From Cytophagaceae bacterium (GTDB taxonomy: Bacteria > Bacteroidota > Bacteroidia > Cytophagales > Cytophagaceae), in the NCBI GenBank assembly GCA_014376985.1, contig JACMQM010000104.1, positions 1 to 49,699 on the forward strand: DNA of 49,699 nucleotides, written 5' to 3'. Below are positions 44,159 to 49,699 of the stretch, one piece after another (position 1 is the first letter of the stretch; each line of letters starts with the position of its first letter). The notes under the pieces are model-generated. The model was not told where the DNA came from. It was given only the letters and a program-made list of their open reading frames with translations, and searched no databases. The position numbers and the translations under genes are program-made.

Positions 44159-44458
44159 ATGAAGCAGAACTGGCCAGTTATAATTATCGTAGTTGCTTTT
44201 CTTGCAATGGGTATTTATATCTATACGCTTGAGCGTAGGTTACAGGCCCAGGAACAAACGGAACATGTGGCCACGGTCAATAAGGTGTTTAACGAGGACT
44301 CGCTATCCAGCGCTATAGAACAACGGCTGCAACACCGTTTTGATTCGGTACTATCCAAAAAGGAAGTTAAAATCATATACTACACTCAGGAAAAGAAAAA
44401 AGTACAACATGAGATTGATTCTGCCGGTATTACTTCTGCTGATATGCCAACTTTCTAA
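44159..44458 (+). CDS. N-terminally anchored coiled-coil protein (i-spanin-like)
   Basis: TM segment WPVIIIVVAFLAMGIYIYTL followed by a helical region. The 3' end overlaps the next gene. Confidence 0.45.
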   Translation: MKQNWPVIIIVVAFLAMGIYIYTLERRLQAQEQTEHVATVNKVFNEDSLSSAIEQRLQHRFDSVLSKKEVKIIYYTQEKKKVQHEIDSAGITSADMPTF

Positions 44459-44789
44459 GGCACAAACCAAGGATGGGGATAACGTCGTTACACCTATACC
44501 GGTTTGGAACAGCTATAAACATGCGTGGGCACAGTGTGAAAAATTGAACAAAATCAACGATTCATTACTAACGGAATTGCGCGAGTCGAATGATACTCTG
44601 AAATTGAAAAACCAATCCATGTTACGGGAAAGGGACAAGAAAGACAGCACAATAAAAATTTACCGGGGCATGTTATTGGAGCCGCCCAAAAGGTCCTTTA
44701 CAAAGGCATATTTAAAACCATTTGGGGAAGGTTCCGCTGTCACACTTATAGTACTTGCAATCTATAGGCTATTTATTAAACCTGGCTAG
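44409..44789 (+). CDS. secreted/lipoprotein-like protein with C-terminal TM (spanin-like)
   Basis: The start taken at ATG 44409 gives MRLILPVLLLLICQLSKAQ (signal peptide) and the C-terminal GSAVTLIVLAIYRLFI. Confidence 0.45.
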   Translation: MRLILPVLLLLICQLSKAQTKDGDNVVTPIPVWNSYKHAWAQCEKLNKINDSLLTELRESNDTLKLKNQSMLRERDKKDSTIKIYRGMLLEPPKRSFTKAYLKPFGEGSAVTLIVLAIYRLFIKPG

Positions 44790-44837
44790 TTGCGTCAACT
44801 CTGATTTTATATATTTAGCGGCTGGAAACCGCAAACT

Positions 44838-44874
44838 AAAAATGTCCTAACTTTGCAAGAGTTGGGACATTTTT
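44838..44874 (+). terminator. bidirectional rho-independent terminator after the lysis cassette
   Basis: AAAA-ATGTCCTAAC-tttgcaaga-GTTGGGACAT-TTTT. Confidence 0.7.
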
Positions 44875-45012
44875 AGTTATATTCGACTCACTTAGAGATA
44901 TTTGATATTATACATTCTTAACCACTACGGCCATGAAAACGTTGTAATTTTCCCTCGCAAACAGTAACCACCACGCTACCCAAATAGAACAGCGTCCCGG
45001 GGTGTTTCTTTT

Positions 45013-45052
45013 AAAAGCCACATGCGCCTCCCATGCGTTTTGTGGTTTTTTT
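45013..45052 (+). terminator. terminator-like hairpin with T7 run
   Basis: AAAAGCCACA ... TGTGGTTTTTTT with an 18-nt loop. Confidence 0.4.
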
Positions 45053-45063
45053 ATTAAAATATT

Positions 45064-45124
45064 TGTCCAAATGTTTGGACATGTCGGAAGGTTTATCGAC
45101 CTTTGAAATACCAACCAGATAAAC
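45064..45124 (+). repeat. 61-bp promoter/leader repeat, copy 1 (contains palindrome TGTCCAAATGTTTGGACA)
   Basis: Matches 45853-45913 at 60/61 positions by eye. Ends 10 nt before ATG 45135. Confidence 0.85.
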
Positions 45125-45134
45125 ACTTAAAAAC

Positions 45135-45320
45135 ATGGCTACAGCACTAGAAAAATACACGGCAATACAGGCAGAAATAAAACAACAATTGGCATTAGTA
45201 GAGAATAAAGTTGCCGATTACGCTGCGTCTTGCAAAGGTGAAACTATTAACTGGGGCCAAGTAGGTGATTTGAGTTCAACACTTGAACGTTTAAAAGAAA
45301 TAACCCACGTGGAGGAATAG
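45135..45320 (+). CDS. hypothetical protein
   Basis: 61 aa, the first ORF after leader repeat copy 1. Confidence 0.5.
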   Translation: MATALEKYTAIQAEIKQQLALVENKVADYAASCKGETINWGQVGDLSSTLERLKEITHVEE

Positions 45321-45323
45321 GTC

Positions 45324-45578
45324 GTGTCACAAATAGAAACTATTAAAATAGGTCGGACAATTTATCATATTAAATTTGGGGACTACATTTTATATAATGG
45401 CGCTTGCTTTCAATTAGTCGCAGGTGATGGCAGAACATTGTATAGAAAAGGGTTTGATGTATATTCTAACATAAGGATCCCAAAGACCGTTATTAATAAG
45501 TTGCCACTAAATGAACTAGCCACAACGGAATCACCGGCAACATCTTTTAACGTTAAGACAAAAAAATATTTTTTGTAA
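45324..45578 (+). CDS. hypothetical protein (GTG start)
   Basis: 84-aa ORF. Confidence 0.45.
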   Translation: MSQIETIKIGRTIYHIKFGDYILYNGACFQLVAGDGRTLYRKGFDVYSNIRIPKTVINKLPLNELATTESPATSFNVKTKKYFL

Positions 45579-45589
45579 AAACATGTTTA

Positions 45590-45799
45590 ATGAAAGATAA
45601 AAAAACAAAGGTACTTGAACACTTAAAGGCGCGCCCGTGGATTTCGATCTTCGGGCTTGAGTCTGAATTGGGAATACCTACTTCAACCCTGGCGAAATCG
45701 TTATCGCCAACCCAACCCCGAAACCTTCCGGATAAATATGTGGAACCTCTGGCGGATAAATTGGGTATAAATAAGAAGCCAAAGAAACCGGCGAATTAG
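45590..45799 (+). CDS. small HTH-like DNA-binding protein
   Basis: ISIFGLESELGIPTSTLAKSLS resembles a helix-turn-helix. Confidence 0.45.
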   Translation: MKDKKTKVLEHLKARPWISIFGLESELGIPTSTLAKSLSPTQPRNLPDKYVEPLADKLGINKKPKKPAN

Positions 45800-45852
45800 G
45801 GGGTTATATTGCTTCCTGTGAATGGGTTGGAATAAATAAGTTGTAAAATAAA

Positions 45853-45913
45853 TGTCCAAATGCTTGGACATGTCGGAAGGTTTATCGACCTTTGAAATAC
45901 CAACCAGATAAAC
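45853..45913 (+). repeat. 61-bp promoter/leader repeat, copy 2 (palindrome TGTCCAAATGCTTGGACA)
   Basis: Ends 10 nt before ATG 45924. Confidence 0.85.
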
Positions 45914-45923
45914 CATTTAAGAC

Positions 45924-46565
45924 ATGAATACTTATATAAAATACGCCCCTAATGTGTTTTTAGCGAAATGTTCAAACCAATACAAAAAAGGAGATACGAT
46001 ACCGGTTACAACAAAATACGGCAAAGATAACGAGTGTATTGTTCACAATTTGATCCTGGAGAAGGATGGTTTCTTTTACTGTTCAATCACCCGGGCCGAT
46101 GGATATAATGCCCAGAAAAGAGCAGAGGCAAAAGCAGAAAAGTATAACTCGTGGGCTTCCGGCGCCGAAAAGAAATCAGAACACTATTACGAACGTTCAA
46201 ATAAGGATAGGGATTTTCTAAGTCTTGGCGAACCTGTTAAAGTTGGTCACCATAGCGAAAAACGACATCGCAAAGTGATCCAAGAAGCACAGGATAATAT
46301 GGGTAAAAGTGTTGAGTTTATCGAAAAAGCGGCAAGCCATGAAAGCAAAGCGGAGTACTGGGAAAGCCGCAAAAATGATATCAATTTATCAATGCCTGAA
46401 AGTTTGGACTTTTACACTTTCAAACTGGCAGAAGCAAAAGCATACCATGAGGGGGTGAAATTAGGGAAAATCGAACGATCTCATTCTTTCACATTGACGT
46501 ACGCTAAGAAGGAGGTAAACGAGTTGGAGAAAAAATTACAGATTGCAACAAAACTTTGGGCATAG
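45924..46565 (+). CDS. DUF3560-like protein
   Basis: GEPVKVGHHSEKRHRKVIQEAQDNM resembles the DUF3560 core motif (recollection). Confidence 0.55.
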   Translation: MNTYIKYAPNVFLAKCSNQYKKGDTIPVTTKYGKDNECIVHNLILEKDGFFYCSITRADGYNAQKRAEAKAEKYNSWASGAEKKSEHYYERSNKDRDFLSLGEPVKVGHHSEKRHRKVIQEAQDNMGKSVEFIEKAASHESKAEYWESRKNDINLSMPESLDFYTFKLAEAKAYHEGVKLGKIERSHSFTLTYAKKEVNELEKKLQIATKLWA

Positions 46566-46566
46566 T

Positions 46567-46923
46567 ATGACAACATTCTACAGGACGATATCCGACGGGT
46601 TTAACGACTACCTACAGTATGCAACATTAAAACGGTTCCTCTTTTGGAAGTGGTTAAAATGGGAGTACGTTTGGCGGCCATATTGTGATGAGGTAACTGG
46701 TAGACATCTCGGATATCCTGGTCCAGATGATCCGAAAGGCGTGCAAGGGAGTACGTTATTTGTGAATAGTTCCAATACCGACCTGCGTAAATTCGTTTTA
46801 ACTTTCCCAATAATCAATCACTACTTCATTGGTTCTAAAATTGAACAAAAGAGACTTGAGGCGATCAATGCTGAATATTGGCGGAAAAAGAATGAAAGGG
46901 TTGGTAAAGTATCCCAGGTATAA
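46567..46923 (+). CDS. hypothetical protein
   Basis: The ATG at 46567 follows the upstream stop; the track ORF starts at 46543. Confidence 0.45.
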   Translation: MTTFYRTISDGFNDYLQYATLKRFLFWKWLKWEYVWRPYCDEVTGRHLGYPGPDDPKGVQGSTLFVNSSNTDLRKFVLTFPIINHYFIGSKIEQKRLEAINAEYWRKKNERVGKVSQV

Positions 46924-46952
46924 TATTTTTTTTGTAAAACAGACATACAACC

Positions 46953-47234
46953 ATGGTAACAAAATTAAGAGCACATTTTCAAACTGTATCCGGAAAGGTA
47001 CCGGGCCAAGTTTTACACATTGAAAAGGAAATTGAGGGGCTGGTCCCATTCCCATACATGAAGGTTAATACTGGTACAGTTGAGGGCACCATAGACAACG
47101 TACAGTTTAATAATGGCGAGTACATTGCCACCTTAATGGAATTGATCCATGCGGACGATATCGACACCGGTAAAGCCTGGAAACAATTACAGAAGGATGG
47201 CTGGTCCAGTCTTGAACCTATAGAAAAAAAATAA
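46953..47234 (+). CDS. hypothetical protein
   Basis: 93-aa ORF. Confidence 0.45.
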   Translation: MVTKLRAHFQTVSGKVPGQVLHIEKEIEGLVPFPYMKVNTGTVEGTIDNVQFNNGEYIATLMELIHADDIDTGKAWKQLQKDGWSSLEPIEKK

Positions 47235-47536
47235 TGGAACAAAGACCAATAGAACCGGAAGAGGGAAACGCGACGATTTCCGAATTTATGGGACAGTCTG
47301 CAGACTATCGGAATGATTGGTCCGCGCTGATGAAAGTGGTTGACAAGATAGAAAAATTGTTCTTCCACATTGAAATTATAAATCATAGCACCATGATTTT
47401 CGATGGCCAGTACCATGCCACATTTAGATCACATTTGTACCACCGTACATACAATGGAATGACACGAATAGAGGCCTGCTGGGTGTCGTGTGTTTATTTC
47501 GCCGAACATTACAAAGAAAACCAAAAAGGAAGTTGA
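47234..47536 (+). CDS. hypothetical protein
   Basis: 100-aa ORF with a TAATG junction. Confidence 0.45.
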   Translation: MEQRPIEPEEGNATISEFMGQSADYRNDWSALMKVVDKIEKLFFHIEIINHSTMIFDGQYHATFRSHLYHRTYNGMTRIEACWVSCVYFAEHYKENQKGS

Positions 47537-47537
47537 C

Positions 47538-47825
47538 ATGGAAGAGTTTACATGGATTTTAACATTTTGTATCACGTTTACCGGCTTATATTTCTGGGAC
47601 CAGCGCAGAAAAAGGATAAATAATGTTAAAGAAGCAGCAGACCGGCGGGAGTACCTGATTGTTTGTGCACAGATCGATTTTAAGGTATCAAAGAAGCGCA
47701 CAGAAATGGAAAGGTTTTACAACCAACTGGAGGCGGATAGAATTAACAGGCCAATGAGACGTAACGTCTACGAAGAGCATTTGGACAAGCTTTTAAAATT
47801 GACAACATGGAAAAAGGTAGTATAG
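47538..47825 (+). CDS. small membrane-anchored protein
   Basis: The ATG at 47538 gives MEEFTWILTFCITFTGLYFW (TM). Confidence 0.45.
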   Translation: MEEFTWILTFCITFTGLYFWDQRRKRINNVKEAADRREYLIVCAQIDFKVSKKRTEMERFYNQLEADRINRPMRRNVYEEHLDKLLKLTTWKKVV

Positions 47826-48040
47826 AATGGTACCGTCACATGACGGCAGCAATCAATAAAGAATTGCGAGAGTGTCAGGAAGTAATTCCATGGCACATAA
47901 GAAAAAGTTTCACTTTCAAAATCATTGACAAGCTTTCGAGCAAAATGGTAAATATACAAAAGCTTTATACGGAGTCAATATTGGAAAATTTTAAACCGAA
48001 GTACCGGATTTCTGCAACTGGGAAAGTAGAAAAGATATGA
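47807..48040 (+). CDS. hypothetical protein
   Basis: 77-aa ORF. Confidence 0.4.
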   Translation: MEKGSIEWYRHMTAAINKELRECQEVIPWHIRKSFTFKIIDKLSSKMVNIQKLYTESILENFKPKYRISATGKVEKI

Positions 48041-48666
48041 GAACATTACCAGTACAAAGTAAGCGCCACCAGGAGTTTTTAAAAAACCGTCCAAAGGTTG
48101 ATTTGAAGACTGCGATAAAAAACAACATTCTCGACATTTTTAGGATGAGTGGTTTGTCCGCGGAAGATCTTAGAGACGTTTCTAACAATTTGTTTCTAAA
48201 TCAGTATCCAGGTAAAAGGGAAATGATACCCCACGATTATGCTTTGGTTTCGGCAGACGGTAGGGGGAGGGACTGGGAACGTGAACCGAAACAAAAGGAC
48301 AAGGATAACCACATTACGGATGCGTTGACTTATTTTAAGACAAGCCAAACACCATACACCCGCGAGATCATCGATGCAATGAACAATCCCGGACCATACA
48401 AAGAAATTGTAATCAATAAGGGCCCCAGCATCGGTAAAAGCGAAACAGCCCTCGTTAAGAACTACAAACGAATGATTTCCGACCGTGAAAGGGAAGAAGG
48501 GTATTATTGGATTGAAACCTACATGCCACTGACTGATGGCCGAAAATGGTACATCGCATTTTGGGATATGCGCCGCCAGGAGTGGAAGTGCGAGGGTAAC
48601 AGGATTGATCCGGAAATATGGCCACATGATATAAATGTGGATGAGGTGAAAATTGAGAAGATTTAA
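48037..48666 (+). CDS. protein containing a gpA-terminase N-terminal-like segment
   Basis: QTPYTREIIDAMNNPGPYKEIVINKGPSIGKSETAL parallels TerL RTPYTREIIDCFAPDHPARIVSVMKGAQVGFSSGV (17107-19113). Confidence 0.55.
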   Translation: MRTLPVQSKRHQEFLKNRPKVDLKTAIKNNILDIFRMSGLSAEDLRDVSNNLFLNQYPGKREMIPHDYALVSADGRGRDWEREPKQKDKDNHITDALTYFKTSQTPYTREIIDAMNNPGPYKEIVINKGPSIGKSETALVKNYKRMISDREREEGYYWIETYMPLTDGRKWYIAFWDMRRQEWKCEGNRIDPEIWPHDINVDEVKIEKI

Positions 48667-48670
48667 GAGT

Positions 48671-48844
48671 ATGGCGCAAATTAGTTTAGATTTAGAGGAT
48701 ATAGACAAAAACCTTTCTTTGTATAAAGAATATGGACTATGGCAAGTAGAGAATGACGAGACAAAGGTTATTTTATATACACAGGGGACAAACGAAACCT
48801 TTGCCGATTTCATACAAAGGGTAATTGATGGTGAACGTAAATAA
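48671..48844 (+). CDS. hypothetical protein
   Basis: The ATG at 48671 lies just after the upstream stop. Confidence 0.4.
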   Translation: MAQISLDLEDIDKNLSLYKEYGLWQVENDETKVILYTQGTNETFADFIQRVIDGERK

Positions 48845-48846
48845 CT

Positions 48847-49050
48847 ATGGCAAAGAAAGAGGAATATAAGTACGTTTTAAAGTGCAGATGTACCGGTGCG
48901 TGGACCCCGGAGGAGGTCGATTTGGACCATTGGACGGATAAGGACTTTGAAAAGATGGAAGCGGGCGATAAAGCCCTTGAATCAGAAGCCCGAGGTGTCG
49001 CAATCGATACACTGGGGTTTGAGTATTGGGTTGAAAAAGTAGAAAAATGA
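48847..49050 (+). CDS. hypothetical protein
   Basis: 67-aa ORF. Confidence 0.4.
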   Translation: MAKKEEYKYVLKCRCTGAWTPEEVDLDHWTDKDFEKMEAGDKALESEARGVAIDTLGFEYWVEKVEK

Positions 49051-49307
49051 AGGATATACAAAGGGATATTGAGCGATCAACTGAATTTCACGGTACACGG
49101 GAAACATCTGGACCAAAAGAATTTATTCCTATATCCGATTCAATGTTCAGAACGTACATAGACAAAGATCATATAGCAGCCCTTCAGCGTATCGCGAATT
49201 CCTTTAAAAGAATCCCACGGAAGAAGAAAAAAGCTTTACAGAAGCTAGGCAATAAGGCGAAAAATAATTATGTTTTCAATAGCATTTGCAGAGCAGCAAT
49301 TAAATAG
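49047..49307 (+). CDS. hypothetical basic protein
   Basis: 86-aa ORF with an ATGA overlap, the last gene before the att region. Confidence 0.45.
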   Translation: MKDIQRDIERSTEFHGTRETSGPKEFIPISDSMFRTYIDKDHIAALQRIANSFKRIPRKKKKALQKLGNKAKNNYVFNSICRAAIK

Positions 49308-49440
49308 TGTCACAATAATGTAACAAAGTAACTAGATAAATGTGGTTTAATGTTGCATTTTGACTTAACCAATTACCAATAAAAAGCGCCGCAAATACTT
49401 TAAATAGCGGGTATTTGCTTTATGTTTTTTATAAATACTG

Positions 49441-49456
49441 TCCGCTCGGGACCTCT
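49441..49456. repeat. degenerate copy of the att core / tRNA-Cys 3' end
   Basis: TCCGCTCGGGACCTCT versus TCTGGTCGGGACCTCT (14/16 identical). Confidence 0.6.
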
Positions 49457-49465
49457 TTAAAACTT

Positions 49466-49502
49466 AAAAGCCTTTAAATTATACGATTTAAAGGCTTTTT
49501 TT
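49466..49502 (+). terminator. strong hairpin terminator inside the right arm
   Basis: AAAAGCCTTTAAAT-tatacg-ATTTAAAGGCTTTT followed by further T residues. Same position relative to the core as the terminator at 154-191. Confidence 0.6.
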
Positions 49503-49549
49503 ATTACCTGTCACATATTTGTAACAGAATATATTAAATGGTGTATAAT

Positions 49550-49588
49550 GGTCCTATGTAGATGATTAATAATGTCTGGTCGGGACCT
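49550..49588 (+). pseudogene. internally deleted tRNA-Cys-like remnant (acceptor-stem minihelix)
   Basis: GGTCCTA...CTGGTCGGGACCT keeps the 5' acceptor strand and the T-stem/3' acceptor strand of tRNA-Cys but lacks the D and anticodon arms. Confidence 0.5.
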
Positions 49589-49699
49589 CTATTTAATTGA
49601 TAAAACCGCTCCAATTATGTAAATTGCAGCGGTTTTTTTATGCACGTCACAAATTTGTAACATGGCAACAATTAAATTTTATCTCCGGAAATCCACCAC
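49575..49699. repeat. right copy of the direct repeat of at least 125 bp (att core + terminator + palindrome + int 5' end)
   Basis: Reads identically to 127-251. The window ends inside the repeat. Confidence 0.9.

Larger units (their letters stand above)
127..49590. mobile_element. integrated temperate phage (contractile tail, lambda-type terminase/head), about 49.4 kb, in the 3' end of tRNA-Cys
   Basis: Bounded by identical direct repeats starting at 127 and 49575 whose first 14 nt are the tRNA 3' end. Contains integrase, immunity switch, replication, terminase, head, tail and lysis modules. Confidence 0.85.

Noticed and set aside
44908-45126. 72-aa minus-strand ORF in the gap after the lysis cassette
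   Set aside because: It is Trp-rich and implausible, and it runs through the terminator-like hairpin and the 61-bp leader repeat.
46979-48813. Long minus-strand ORFs (46979-47416, 145 aa; 48196-48813, 205 aa) in the accessory island
   Set aside because: They oppose a chain of translationally coupled plus-strand ORFs, one of which carries the terminase-like motif. Their translations are Cys/Phe/Ser-rich and lack any motif. Residual uncertainty remains because the plus ORFs are themselves uncharacterised.
49441-49456. Taking the degenerate core at 49441-49456 as the true attR
   Set aside because: It has two mismatches to the tRNA 3' end, while a perfect copy with a long perfect extension lies at 49575. 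The degenerate copy is more likely a fossil.
1-49699. Explaining the terminal repeat as a circular-contig assembly artefact
   Set aside because: The left end has host flank plus the intact 5' two-thirds of tRNA-Cys, which is not repeated at the right end. There, only a deleted remnant precedes the core. The junctions therefore look like genuine chromosomal attL and an internal att. Read-level confirmation is still needed.
1-49699. CRISPR arrays, rRNA genes, transposases/IS elements, reverse transcriptase (retron/DGR), recognisable toxin-antitoxin pairs or known defence systems
   Set aside because: No regularly spaced short repeats, no rRNA-like sequence, no DDE/RT motifs and no paired small toxin gene next to either RHH or XRE gene were seen on reading both strands.

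Overview
The window holds a short chromosomal flank (1-69), tRNA-Cys(GCA) (70-140), and one complete temperate prophage of about 49.4 kb inserted in the 3' end of that tRNA. The prophage is bounded by identical direct repeats starting at 127 and 49575. The right repeat continues into the first 38 nt of an identical integrase gene, so a second element or a tandem copy appears to follow the window.

Gene order, left to right:
- Tyrosine integrase, then an XRE-type repressor (minus strand) divergent from an RHH cro-like gene and an excisionase-like HTH gene.
- About 35 tightly packed small early genes. These include two aberrant tRNA-like genes, a DUF4373-type replication initiator, a MazG/DUF550-like pyrophosphatase, C5- and N6-DNA methyltransferases, a HAD phosphatase and a DnaA-domain-IV-like protein.
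- A 470-bp non-coding cos-like region, followed by TerS and a lambda gpA-type TerL.
- A Mu/P2-like contractile tail block: sheath, tRNA-Met, tube, -1 frameshifted chaperone, tape measure, baseplate and fibres, with a reverse-strand lipoprotein moron.
- Lambda-like gpW, portal, ClpP-like protease, decoration protein and gpE-type capsid.
- A 1124-aa fibre with a CE4 deacetylase, then a lysis cassette.
- Thirteen small accessory ORFs in two units that each start with the same 61-bp promoter/leader repeat.

The host is probably Bacteroidota. This is an inference from the integrase N-terminus, the lack of obvious Shine-Dalgarno sequences and the lipoprotein style. No CRISPR array, rRNA, transposase or recognisable defence system was seen.

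The most unusual observations:
- A 55-aa RHH gene missing from the ORF track lies antisense between portal and protease.
- An 18-bp palindrome occurs three times, twice inside the 61-bp duplicated leader.
- A 26-nt identical hairpin element precedes two late gene blocks.
- Hairpins with a conserved GGGTTA loop sit in the early region.
- Two tRNA-like genes have defective anticodon arms.
- The C5-methyltransferase has conserved motifs split between two reading frames that are both open.
- A terminase-N-terminus paralogue sits in the accessory region.

All functional calls rest on motifs read by eye; no database search was possible.
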